Shown: positions 11,698-19,998, counted from the stretch's first letter. The stretch is DNA of 64,000 nt from Candidatus Kerfeldbacteria bacterium (GCA_903825245.1 CAIJZX010000028.1:1106-65105), one strand, 5' to 3'. Notes: generated from the sequence alone by a model not told the origin. Translations and numbers: made by a program.

Positions 11698-11884
11698 TGA
11701 GGGAACCGACTGTTGGAGACCTGTTAAGCTCAGATGCAAGGTCCTTCGCTGATGATGCCACATCGCTTGCAGGGTAGCCGTGCGACATTGAGCTTCACCG
11801 TTCCTGAGGCAGGATCCCAGTCGTGGCCGAGTACTGCGCAGACGAAGCTGCGCCACAACTGCCTGAGAAAGTGCATTGCGCCTC

Positions 11885-12496
11885 CTATCCTTGACTCTCA
11901 AGTGGAAGAGCTGCGACGACCTCAGCGATGGTGTGCCAGACCTCATCGAGATCGGCGTAGCGGGAGTAATCCTTGCCGCGCCGGTCGATCGTGAGAACTG
12001 GGTAGTGTCTCGCAAGCGATTGGATCTCCTCCTGAACGCTGATCATCCGACTCACGACCATCTCGTGTTGTTCGAACTCGCGCGCACGACGGGCAATAAC
12101 CGACCGTAGCTCGGCTTCATCCGTCAGCAGGACGACACAGAGATCGGGCGTCACAGAGCGCAACCGATCTGCCTGAAGATGTACTTCAGGCGAATCGTGC
12201 CGTGCTGCGTCAACACGCAAGTATGCTTCGTGGGTGAGTGGACCGGAGTCGATGAAGCAGTGAATACCAGGTGTACCCAGCCGCATCGCGCACTCGCCTG
12301 CGCGAACACATCGTTCGGTGAACCAGGTATTCCGCTTGGATACGAGTGTGTGCGAGGCGAACGAATTAGTGACCCATTCCGGGAAGACCCCTACTTCACC
12401 TTCGGGGATGACGGGACATCGTGTGAGTGCTGCGAGTTGCGCTGACAGAAACGACTTACCAACGCCGCCGGTACCGTCGATTGCAACGATGGCCAT
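11885..12496 (-). CDS. P-loop nucleoside/nucleotide kinase (dNK/TMK-like fold)
   Basis: Walker A at the N-terminus (AIDGTGGVGKSF) and an Arg-rich LID-like segment (IARRAREFEQ). Clearly GC-richer than the surrounding genome. Confidence 0.55.
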   Translation of the reverse strand: MAIVAIDGTGGVGKSFLSAQLAALTRCPVIPEGEVGVFPEWVTNSFASHTLVSKRNTWFTERCVRAGECAMRLGTPGIHCFIDSGPLTHEAYLRVDAARHDSPEVHLQADRLRSVTPDLCVVLLTDEAELRSVIARRAREFEQHEMVVSRMISVQEEIQSLARHYPVLTIDRRGKDYSRYADLDEVWHTIAEVVAALPLESQG

Positions 12497-12693
12497 GGTG
12501 TCTCCTCTAAAGGGTTAACCTGCGCTAATAGACAATGTGTTGGACAAAGTAGAAGCCACAGCACTGTGGCTGGGTTTTTGTGCATGTAATGAACGTCTTA
12601 CTAAGACCCTAGCAAGCTGGCGCGTAGTGTCAATGGCACACCGTTGGAGGTTGGCTGTTTAAGTGTCCTGCAATAAGTTACAATGCAGGAACC

Positions 12694-13605
12694 ATGGAGC
12701 TTCCGGAAAACATCAAAACCCTCTACCGCCACTGGTCATATCACATCCAAGAGGAATTGTCTCCAATTGGTGATCGACCCTTGATTGATGAGTCTCTTTT
12801 TCGTGACATGTGTTCTTTTATTGATGAGAGAATGTTAATTTGGCAGAAAAAAGTTTCCCTCCAACCTGAACCCTATTCGACGGATCCTATTCTTGCTAAA
12901 TACCGCTTCTGCAATATCTTCCGTGAGCTGGATAAACAAACCATCTTTTTTCATACTCTCCTCAACCCATTGCGAGATGATTTTTCGCTGTGGCTGTTGA
13001 ATATGTTTTATTGCCGGATGGTGGCACGTCCAGAAACTATTGAATCCGTAGGGCTACTCTCTTTTGACACAATGAAGAATGAGGAAGTATTTGGACGCTT
13101 GATATCTTCGTCCCGGCCTCGATTCGGCACCCCGTATGTTTTCCCTATTAGCGTCATCCAGAAAAGCCCAACGCCGACCCGCGAACGATTTATTGCCGAA
13201 TACCTGCCGTCGGTGATGAAGGTGATAGCGGCAGAAATACAAACGTGGAAGAAAAAATCCGTATACGATGGCCTACAAAGGATCATTCCGCTGTTTGGTA
13301 AAAACCTCTACTTCCTCTGGACAGAAGTGCTGATAGATACGGCCTACCAGTTTCCAACATACATCAATCTCTTTGAGCGTTTTCCTATTGGTCCGGGATC
13401 AGCTCCAACATTAAAAAGACTGAACCCTGCTATAGATCTGTCCATTCTTGTACAGCAGCTGACTGATGTGCCCGTGAATACGGCTCTACAGTTTAATAGC
13501 TTGCCGCTTAAACTGTCTGCAGAAAACTGGGAAGGAGTCGGTTGTGAGTTTCGGAAATACACCAACCTAAGATCGGGTATTGGTCGGAAACGCCTGTACC
13601 GTTAG
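12694..13605 (+). CDS. hypothetical protein; possibly alpha-glutamyl/putrescinyl-thymine pyrophosphorylase (aGPT-Pplase)-like (unverified)
   Basis: 303-aa soluble ORF, divergently paired with the P-loop kinase. Contains ...DPILAKYRFCNIFRELDKQT.... The assignment comes from recalled family patterns and gene context only, not from a search. Confidence 0.3.
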   Translation: MELPENIKTLYRHWSYHIQEELSPIGDRPLIDESLFRDMCSFIDERMLIWQKKVSLQPEPYSTDPILAKYRFCNIFRELDKQTIFFHTLLNPLRDDFSLWLLNMFYCRMVARPETIESVGLLSFDTMKNEEVFGRLISSSRPRFGTPYVFPISVIQKSPTPTRERFIAEYLPSVMKVIAAEIQTWKKKSVYDGLQRIIPLFGKNLYFLWTEVLIDTAYQFPTYINLFERFPIGPGSAPTLKRLNPAIDLSILVQQLTDVPVNTALQFNSLPLKLSAENWEGVGCEFRKYTNLRSGIGRKRLYR

Positions 13606-13639
13606 TTTCTTATTAATGAGAATATAAAAAAGAGCAGTT

Positions 13640-13951
13640 TCACGACATGCTCAGGTCAATGTTCTTGGGTTGCAGCACCAAGCGTTTCGGTGCCATGGTT
13701 TCGATTTTCTGCAGCCGCTCACGCAGTTGCGCGAGTGCGATCTGAATGTTGTCGAGATGGCCAGCCGCTTCACTCAAGCGGCGGCGCCACTCGGCCGGAT
13801 CATCGAACAGTCTGGCATTGAACACCAACTTGGCAGCAGTCTCAAGATCTTCGATCGGTCCAGTGCGCGCTGTCACCGAATTCCCAGCATGCATTGGCGA
13901 GTTCTTTCGAGACGCTCGGCGGGACATCGCGGTAGCGAGTCTCATCCTCAT
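13640..13951 (-). CDS. hypothetical protein (doubtful)
   Basis: 103-aa ORF in a GC-rich ~500-bp gap. No RBS and an RS-rich N-terminus. The region may be non-coding. Confidence 0.2.
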   Translation of the reverse strand: MRMRLATAMSRRASRKNSPMHAGNSVTARTGPIEDLETAAKLVFNARLFDDPAEWRRRLSEAAGHLDNIQIALAQLRERLQKIETMAPKRLVLQPKNIDLSMS

Positions 13952-14103
13952 CGGGTTCAGCCATGGAAGAAGTACCCCCCTTTCTTACTCGACATCGAAA
14001 TCGCCACCACCGACCTTCATCCCAGGCTCGACAAGCTCCTTATGGATATAAACCGGATCAATACGAATGCACCGTGGCGCTTTTGGATCGTGGCCATGTC
14101 CTC

Positions 14104-14222
14104 AGACCCCGACCCACATGCCTCAAATCGCCCTCTAGAAAAATCGTCAGAAAACCCTTATAATGCTTGTGTGAGTGTGGTACCTAACCCATGTGTCCCG
14201 CCAATAGAACTAAGTATCGGAC
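14104..14222 (+). repeat. promoter-bearing repeat, copy A
   Basis: gaccccgacccacatgcctcaaatcgccctctagaaaaatcgtcagaaaacccttataatgcttgtgtgagtgtggtacctaac... is near-identical to copy B (15914-16032). It embeds TAGAAA-N17-TATAAT (14136-14164). Confidence 0.6.
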
Positions 14223-14308
14223 AAATCACTTTCCTATGAGCATGAAGCAACCCGGGTGCCTTGTCCCCATCGCATTATAAAACGAATAATGAAGCTTTCG
14301 GATATCAG

Positions 14309-14953
14309 ATGATTATGATGATTATCTTTTCCTACAACATTGACAAGGATATAGAGAATATTATTAATGGAACACATGCGATCAACAGTAAAAAACCAAC
14401 AAAGTTTCAGCTTTCATTTAGCGACAACTACGGTAACAACTTTGAACCAGAAAAAGTAAAAACATACATCCAACAACAAGATAAGATAAATAATTTTGAT
14501 GCGAACAAAGAAACTGTCACCATGGAAGCAAAGTGGAAAAATGCCGAGTCTATTTTTATCGAGCGTGCGGAAAAAATATTCAGTCTTACTTACCCATCAC
14601 CGATAACTATATATTTGACCCACAATGAGCGCTGTACTTACAACATTGAAAAAAACTATTTTTTTGTCAAAATCGGATCGGAATTTTCAAACAACGCAAT
14701 CATGCATGAACTGTTACATTTTTATACGTGGCAAGCCTTTGGCAAAAAACTATTGGAAGAAGGAGTTGCAAAGTCAACATATAATGACGTCAAAGAATCT
14801 CTGACGGAACTTCTCAATCTTGAGTTTTCTGACCTTATGAGTGGAAAACCAGATAGTGGATATCCGCAGCATCAGGGGATGAGACGAATAATCCACGATA
14901 CATGGCTACCGCAAAAAGATCTTTTTTCCATAGTTCAAAAATTGATCTCATAG
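14309..14953 (+). CDS. YgjP/DUF45-like HExxH zincin (putative metal-dependent hydrolase)
   Basis: AT-rich ORF. IMHELLHFYTW is an HExxH motif, preceded by THNERCTY; this resembles the YgjP/WLM/SprT-like layout. First in-frame ATG is at 14309; the ORF track used TTG at 14261. Confidence 0.4.
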   Translation: MIMMIIFSYNIDKDIENIINGTHAINSKKPTKFQLSFSDNYGNNFEPEKVKTYIQQQDKINNFDANKETVTMEAKWKNAESIFIERAEKIFSLTYPSPITIYLTHNERCTYNIEKNYFFVKIGSEFSNNAIMHELLHFYTWQAFGKKLLEEGVAKSTYNDVKESLTELLNLEFSDLMSGKPDSGYPQHQGMRRIIHDTWLPQKDLFSIVQKLIS

Positions 14954-15054
14954 GTATTGGCGATGTAGTTGCAGGCACAAAACAAATTTATAGAAATAAT
15001 CTTCGAGGGATCGTCTTCTACGTCTCAGCTACCGACCTACTCTCCTTAACATCC

Positions 15055-15148
15055 TCCCTAGGGCGAACCTCATAAAACCCTTATAATGCTTACGCGGGTA
15101 GGATACCTAACTCGAGTGTCTCGCCAAGAGAACTTAGTATCGGGTGAC
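15055..15148 (+). repeat. promoter-bearing repeat, copy C (diverged)
   Basis: cataaaacccttataatgcttacgcgggtaggatacctaactcgagtgtctcgccaagagaacttagtatcgg aligns with copies A and B (TATAAT at 15082-15087; conserved ACCTAAC...GCCAA...TTAGTATCG). Confidence 0.5.
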
Positions 15149-15205
15149 CCATATGCCTAGAATCAAAGTCAAAATGTGGGAGGCACAAATAGGCAGAATT
15201 TGACT

Positions 15206-15856
15206 ATGCAAGTAGCCCAACTCCACAAAAAATTCGATGCTCTACAGAAAACATTCGGCCACGGTGAACTAAATCCGATATACGGCGCTGGATGTGTACA
15301 ACATCCAAGGTTAATGTTGGTATTTATGAATCCAACTGGAAAGAATGTTGCATCAAATACCAATTGGTCTGGACTTCGTGCCCCGTGGCTCGGAACAAAA
15401 AACATCTGGAAACTTTTACACGAGATAAAAGTTGTGTCAGAAGAAAGTTTTTCTGCAACCCAGACAAAAAAGTCAAACGAGTGGACACCCTTGTTTTGTT
15501 CTAATTTGTATAAGGAAATTGATTCGCACGAGGTGTACATTACAAACTTAGCCAAATGTACTCAATTGGACGCACGACCATTATCAAATTTGGTCTTCCA
15601 AAAATATCTAGAGTTATTCAAACAGGAAACACTCCTGATCCATCCAAAGAAGATAATTACCTTTGGCAACCAAGTAAGTTCGATTATTGTTGGAGAAAAT
15701 ATCTCAGTGGGAAAGTATGCTGGTAATCGGCATGAAGATGTGAAAATTGGGAGCAAGATTTTCCCAGTTTATCCGACGTGGTATCCAGTTGGGCAGGGCA
15801 TGAGAAACCTCCCATTAGCTGCGAAACGAATTAAGAAAGTTCTCTCCACCAAATAA
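15206..15856 (+). CDS. uracil-DNA glycosylase superfamily protein (family-4-like layout, divergent motif A)
   Basis: EVYITNLAKCTQ matches UDG motif EVYITNxVKCRP. LLIHPKKIITFGNQV and KIFPVYPTWYP correspond to the family-4 UDG C-terminal motifs. Motif A is FMNPTG instead of GEAPG. Confidence 0.55.
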   Translation: MQVAQLHKKFDALQKTFGHGELNPIYGAGCVQHPRLMLVFMNPTGKNVASNTNWSGLRAPWLGTKNIWKLLHEIKVVSEESFSATQTKKSNEWTPLFCSNLYKEIDSHEVYITNLAKCTQLDARPLSNLVFQKYLELFKQETLLIHPKKIITFGNQVSSIIVGENISVGKYAGNRHEDVKIGSKIFPVYPTWYPVGQGMRNLPLAAKRIKKVLSTK

Positions 15857-15913
15857 TCTAAAAAGGGTACCGAACAATTGAGACATCCTTAAGAAGTGCC
15901 TCATTTTGGTTTT

Positions 15914-16032
15914 AGACCCCGACCCACATGCCTCAAATCGCCCCCTAGAAAAATCGTCAGAAAACCCTTATAATGCTTGTGTGAGTGTGGTACCTAACTC
16001 GAATGTCCCGCCAATAAAATTTAGTATCGCGC
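15914..16032 (+). repeat. promoter-bearing repeat, copy B
   Basis: Near-identical to copy A over ~95 bp (TAGAAA 15946-15951, TATAAT 15969-15974), then diverges. It is preceded by the tail motif gagacatccttaagaagtgcctca that is shared with copy D. Confidence 0.6.
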
Positions 16033-16058
16033 AACTCATCCAGGCAGTTACTTTATCC

Positions 16059-16742
16059 ATGAATCCAGAAAACACGAAAATCGAATCTCGCGAAATCCCG
16101 GAGATTGGTTTGCGTATCGAATTTTCACCACAACATGATGCCGAAATGGTTCGTGATAATCTCGATCCGGAAGAAATAGAATGGAATCGTACAATGGGAT
16201 ATCCATGCAGATTACCGAATAAAGTTGAAGAAGCTGTTTCGCGCGGAACCATTCCAACAGTTGAAGAAATTATTGAAGCGGTGACAGCCGAGTACCAGTC
16301 GGCGAGATACGAGCAACAATCTCTGGTCTTTACCGAGGCGTGGAATGAACAACGGGATGGATTCATAAAAAACCTATCGACCCTTGGTGTACCATTGCCA
16401 AACGAATATATCCTCCGATTGACCAGGTATGGTACCGGCGGAATGTACAAACTCCCGAATGAGATTGAGGTGATTGTGAACGACCCGATTACGACCGATT
16501 TCCACACACCCTTTCATGAGATGGTTCATTTGACCATCGAAGATCTGATTGTCGAGCACCATATTGGTCACTGGACCAAGGAACGATTGGTTGATCTTAT
16601 TCTCAATATGTTCGTTCCGGAAAAGAAATATCTCCAACAAGACCCGCCACACACAAAGCAAATCGATCAACTTTTCGAGCAGTATTTTCCTGACGTGAAG
16701 CGCATTATTGAAGAAATAACTACATTGGGGAGAGGTGCTTGA
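16059..16742 (+). CDS. YgjP/DUF45-like zincin (putative nucleotide pyrophosphatase/metal-dependent hydrolase)
   Basis: TRYGTGGMY...FHEMVHLTIEDLIVEHHIGHW matches the DUF45/YgjP pattern (RWGSC...HELxHLxExNHSxxFW). ATG at 16059; the upstream in-frame extension in the ORF track is a translation of repeat B. Confidence 0.5.
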   Translation: MNPENTKIESREIPEIGLRIEFSPQHDAEMVRDNLDPEEIEWNRTMGYPCRLPNKVEEAVSRGTIPTVEEIIEAVTAEYQSARYEQQSLVFTEAWNEQRDGFIKNLSTLGVPLPNEYILRLTRYGTGGMYKLPNEIEVIVNDPITTDFHTPFHEMVHLTIEDLIVEHHIGHWTKERLVDLILNMFVPEKKYLQQDPPHTKQIDQLFEQYFPDVKRIIEEITTLGRGA

Positions 16743-16757
16743 TTATACTACAGTTCT

Positions 16758-16823
16758 ATGGCCGAACTCCCACTACAACCCACCCTCGTCGATTTCCAAG
16801 CCCAACTTCTTAAATCTCGTTAA
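16758..16823 (+). pseudogene. relic 5' fragment of a mazG-like gene (22 codons then stop)
   Basis: ATG at 16758 encodes MAELPLQPTLVDFQAQLLKSR*. It is ~80% nt-identical over ~48 nt to the start of the intact mazG at 17202 (MPELSPQPTLADFQAH...). Confidence 0.5.
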
Positions 16824-16842
16824 TTCCATTATTTTCTTTGGT

Positions 16843-17193
16843 ATGAAAATCACTCGAAAAGAATCTCATATTGAGGATAAGCATGGAATTAAACTTTGGG
16901 TTTATCCTGTTGGTCGGAAAGAGGCTGGGGTGGTTTATGTTGAAGTTGAGGAAGGACACTTCCAAGAGTTTTTTGATAAGAAAAGTACTTTTATTTACTA
17001 CATTATTGAAGGCCAAGGAACTTTTTTTCTTGATGGCAAAGAAACTACCGTTAAAGAGGCGGATTTGGTCGTTATTCCGCCCATGACAAAAATTTACTAT
17101 TTTGGGAAAATGAGAATGACCCTAACGACGGTTCCCGCCTGGGAGCCGGAAAATGAAGTTCACGTCAGGTTCATTGAAAAACCAAGCAACTAA
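16843..17193 (+). CDS. cupin domain protein
   Basis: 116 aa. GVVYVEVEEGHFQEF...YIIEGQGTFFLDGKETTVKEADLVVIPP is a typical cupin two-motif beta-barrel. Confidence 0.55.
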   Translation: MKITRKESHIEDKHGIKLWVYPVGRKEAGVVYVEVEEGHFQEFFDKKSTFIYYIIEGQGTFFLDGKETTVKEADLVVIPPMTKIYYFGKMRMTLTTVPAWEPENEVHVRFIEKPSN

Positions 17194-17201
17194 TACTTTT
17201 T

Positions 17202-17534
17202 ATGCCCGAACTTTCGCCACAGCCAACCCTCGCCGATTTCCAAGCCCACATCAAGGCAGTTTGCACTGAACGCGGTTGGGACAAAAATTCCTATTCGGAA
17301 ATATTTTTATTGTTTACCGAAGAAGTTGGAGAACTCGCGAAATCAATTCGAAATGAAGCGAAATTACATGCCCAAGTCGATCCGAAGAAACGCTTTGAGC
17401 TGGAAGAAGAGTTCGCTGATGTTTTTAACTACCTTCTGGACTTAGCCAATTACTTTAACGTTGATCTCGAAGCGGCATATCGGAAGAAACATGAGCATAA
17501 TACAACAAGAGCTTGGAAAGCGAAAGGGGAATAA
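17202..17534 (+). CDS. MazG-like nucleotide pyrophosphohydrolase
   Basis: 110 aa. TLADFQAHIKAVCTERGWDKNS...EEVGELAKSIRNE...EEEFADVFNYLLDLANYF is the MazG/NTP-PPase EExxE helical-bundle pattern. Confidence 0.7.
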   Translation: MPELSPQPTLADFQAHIKAVCTERGWDKNSYSEIFLLFTEEVGELAKSIRNEAKLHAQVDPKKRFELEEEFADVFNYLLDLANYFNVDLEAAYRKKHEHNTTRAWKAKGE

Positions 17535-17540
17535 CACTCT

Positions 17541-18320
17541 ATGAGCACACAGCGTCGAACCGTCGTTTCCTACAATCGTTATGCAGGATCATGGGCCTCG
17601 TTGATGCGGTCCGGCGGTAATACTTCGCATCGGTACCTCGAGAAACCGGCGATGTTCCGTGCCTTGCCGAGCCTTCGCGGTAAAACGGTGTTGTGTGTCG
17701 GTTGCGGGACTGGCGAAGAGTGCGAATTATTGATGAAGCTCGGCGCTAAGCGCGTCGTTGGTACAGATATTTCCAAAAACCTCATTCGCGAAGCGAAACG
17801 CGCTTTTCCCGCGATCGAATTTTACACGAGGGATATGGAGCGACTGCGATTGCCGGCGCATGCATTCGACGTGGTCTACTCGAGTTTGACCATGCACTAC
17901 GTGCCGAGCTGGAAGCAAACCCTGGCCCAAGTCAAGAAGGTGCTGAAACCCGGCGGACAGTTTGTTTTTTCAACGCACCATCCAGTCCGTTGGGGCGCTG
18001 AGACGAAAGAAACGAAGCACCACAAGTCACACATTCTCGGGTATGAAAAAATAGACAAGGGCAAGGCAATTGTGTACGGCGATTATCTGAATGGCCACTG
18101 GATTCACGATCGTTGGTTCGGCGATTTCGATGTCACGTATTATCATCGGCCGTTATCGCTCTTGATACGCGATATTTTGGAAAGCGGACTTGAGCTTATC
18201 GATTTTCAAGAGCCAAAACCGCTAGCAACTGTCCGCCGCGAGAACCCGCAATACTGGAAGATCCATCAGAAAATCCCGCTCTTCATGATCTTCGTCTTGC
18301 GAAAAAAGGAGTCAAAATAA
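17541..18320 (+). CDS. class I SAM-dependent methyltransferase
   Basis: Motif I VLCVGCGTGEE, post-I acidic residue (VVGTDIS), and motif LKPGGQFVFS. Confidence 0.75.
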   Translation: MSTQRRTVVSYNRYAGSWASLMRSGGNTSHRYLEKPAMFRALPSLRGKTVLCVGCGTGEECELLMKLGAKRVVGTDISKNLIREAKRAFPAIEFYTRDMERLRLPAHAFDVVYSSLTMHYVPSWKQTLAQVKKVLKPGGQFVFSTHHPVRWGAETKETKHHKSHILGYEKIDKGKAIVYGDYLNGHWIHDRWFGDFDVTYYHRPLSLLIRDILESGLELIDFQEPKPLATVRRENPQYWKIHQKIPLFMIFVLRKKESK

Positions 18321-18387
18321 ATAGTCTTAATCGACTTCGCATTTTGTTCGGTTTTTGGTATACTGCAGAAATAACGCACAATAAATT

Positions 18388-18852
18388 ATGAAACTACGCA
18401 ACCACGCCGTCCCGGCGGTGTACCTCGTGATGCGAAAGGATAACAAGATTCTCTTTATGCGCCGGCAAGGCAGCGGTTTTTATGACGGTTGGTATTCGCT
18501 TCCGGCCGGCCACGTTGAAGCCGGTGAATTGCCAAAGGTGGGATTAGCGCGAGAAATGGAAGAAGAACTGGGGATAGGTATCGACGTGAACGCGCTCCGG
18601 CTCGTACATACGCTGTACCGGACGAAGAGCGATGAATCCGGCGATCGGGTGGACATGTTTTTTGACGTCCCGTCGTGGCAGGGCGAGCCAACGATTATGG
18701 AGCCGCACAAGTGTGATGATTTGCAGTGGTGCTCGATGCAAGAATTACCGGACAAAGTGATGCCGCACGTACGGCGAATATTGGAGGCCATCGATCGAGG
18801 CGAGACGTTCTCCGAGTTCGATTTGCCGACAATGTTGTCGTTTCCGAAATAA
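18388..18852 (+). CDS. Nudix hydrolase
   Basis: Nudix box GHVEAGELPKVGLAREMEEELGI. Confidence 0.8.
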   Translation: MKLRNHAVPAVYLVMRKDNKILFMRRQGSGFYDGWYSLPAGHVEAGELPKVGLAREMEEELGIGIDVNALRLVHTLYRTKSDESGDRVDMFFDVPSWQGEPTIMEPHKCDDLQWCSMQELPDKVMPHVRRILEAIDRGETFSEFDLPTMLSFPK

Positions 18853-18887
18853 TTCGCTTATTTAATTGTTTGTGGTAGGCTAGAACC

Positions 18888-19358
18888 ATGGCACACCTTC
18901 ACGACAAAATAGATTTCACGACCGAAGTCTTCATTGTTTTTCAGGGCAAAGTATTGTTGCGGAAGCACGATAAATACAAGATTTGGCTGAGTGTGGGTGG
19001 GCATATTGAACTTGATGAAGACCCGATACAGGCCGCACTGCGTGAAGTGAAAGAAGAAGTTGGGCTTGATGTTCAACTCTTTGGTCAACCGATCAGTGTC
19101 AGCAATGAAGGAGAAAACGGCTATCACGAGCTACTCCCGCCGATGTTTATGAACCGACACCATATTTCTGATACGCATGATCATATAACACTGACGTATT
19201 TTGCCAAAGCGACAACTAGTACTATTCGAAATCAAGAAGACGAGCATAGCGACGAGCTGAGATGGTTTACTGCGGAAGAACTTTCAGATTCGAAGTTTGG
19301 CATTCGGGATAGTGTTCAGAAATACGCATTGGCCGCCTTACAAACAATTCAAGGATAA
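18888..19358 (+). CDS. Nudix hydrolase
   Basis: Nudix box GGHIELDEDPIQAALREVKEEVGL. Confidence 0.75.
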   Translation: MAHLHDKIDFTTEVFIVFQGKVLLRKHDKYKIWLSVGGHIELDEDPIQAALREVKEEVGLDVQLFGQPISVSNEGENGYHELLPPMFMNRHHISDTHDHITLTYFAKATTSTIRNQEDEHSDELRWFTAEELSDSKFGIRDSVQKYALAALQTIQG

Positions 19359-19361
19359 ACC

Positions 19362-19910
19362 ATGTCAGAAGAAATGATCGACGTGCTCGATACACAGGGG
19401 GAAAAAACCGGACAAATATTGGAATTAAAAGAAGTCCATCGGCAAGGACTTTGGCATCGTACGGCGCATATTTGGGTTGTGACCTCAAAAGGTAATATAC
19501 TTTTTCAACAGCGCTCGCCGATCCTTGATGTCTACCCTAACTGTTGGGATATTTCCGCGTCCGGCCACATTCGAACTGGTCAAACGAGCCTTGAAGGGGC
19601 TATAGCAGAAACACAAGAAGAAATCGGATTATCCTTAAAACCCAACTCGTTAGAATTTCTGACTACACTGCAGCATGAAAGCGAACATAATCAAGGCACA
19701 AACATTAATAGAGAATTTCAGGATGTGTATTTGGTAACACAAGACGTGTCATTGAATGAATTAACAATACTCAATACCGAGGTCAGCAATCTGCAATTTA
19801 TACATTGGTCGAAATTACGTCGACTAGTTGACAATCATGACCAGGGGTTTGCCCCACGTGGTCAAGAATACCAACTACTATTCTCAATATTGCAGCAACG
19901 TTATCCATAA
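19362..19910 (+). CDS. Nudix hydrolase (IDI-like clade)
   Basis: Nudix box SGHIRTGQTSLEGAIAETQEEIGL. The N-terminal LWHRTAHIWV...LFQQRS...YPNCWD resembles the isopentenyl-diphosphate-isomerase-like Nudix subfamily. Confidence 0.7.
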   Translation: MSEEMIDVLDTQGEKTGQILELKEVHRQGLWHRTAHIWVVTSKGNILFQQRSPILDVYPNCWDISASGHIRTGQTSLEGAIAETQEEIGLSLKPNSLEFLTTLQHESEHNQGTNINREFQDVYLVTQDVSLNELTILNTEVSNLQFIHWSKLRRLVDNHDQGFAPRGQEYQLLFSILQQRYP

Positions 19911-19990
19911 TGCCCACCCCCGTCGAAGACATCATGGTTCGACAGGCTCACCATTCAGTGATCAATAACCTGCCGTTATATAACATTTAG
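19910..19990 (+). other. uORF / duplicated dnaG start fragment (26 codons)
   Basis: ATG overlaps the Nudix stop (taATG). It encodes [12 protein letters not shown]..., whose first 8 codons duplicate the dnaG N-terminus MPTPVEDI at 19999 (23 of 28 nt identical). Confidence 0.35.
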
Positions 19991-19998
19991 TTTATTTC

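Noticed and set aside
11700-11885. tmRNA, RNase P RNA, SRP RNA or 6S RNA in the GC-rich non-coding block
   Set aside because: No tRNA-like 3' end or GGGG start (tmRNA), no GNAR tetraloop or AGGTCAGGTCCGGAAGGAAGCAGC-like SRP domain IV, and no RNase P P4 motifs are recognisable on either strand.
13670-14239. 189-aa plus-strand ORF, and the N-terminal extension of the 15906 ORF
   Set aside because: Both translate the non-coding promoter repeat (…DPDPHASNRPLEKSSENPYNACVSVVPN…). Identical 'peptides' from two repeat copies are a DNA-repeat artefact, not a protein family.
14100-19910. Integron cassette array (CALIN) interpretation of the co-directional small genes
   Set aside because: The shared repeats lie upstream of genes and carry promoters, unlike attC sites which sit downstream of promoterless cassettes. 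A single ACCTAAC (RYYYAAC-like) core is present, but no paired GTTRRRY partner or attC-like bulged hairpin could be found. There is also no intI. I kept it as a 'cassette-like array with mobile promoter repeats' instead.
19911-19937. The dnaG start duplication taken as a true target-site duplication of a mobile element
   Set aside because: The two copies bracket only 89 bp with no gene, so it is not a simple insertion footprint. It is reported as a start-region duplication/uORF instead.
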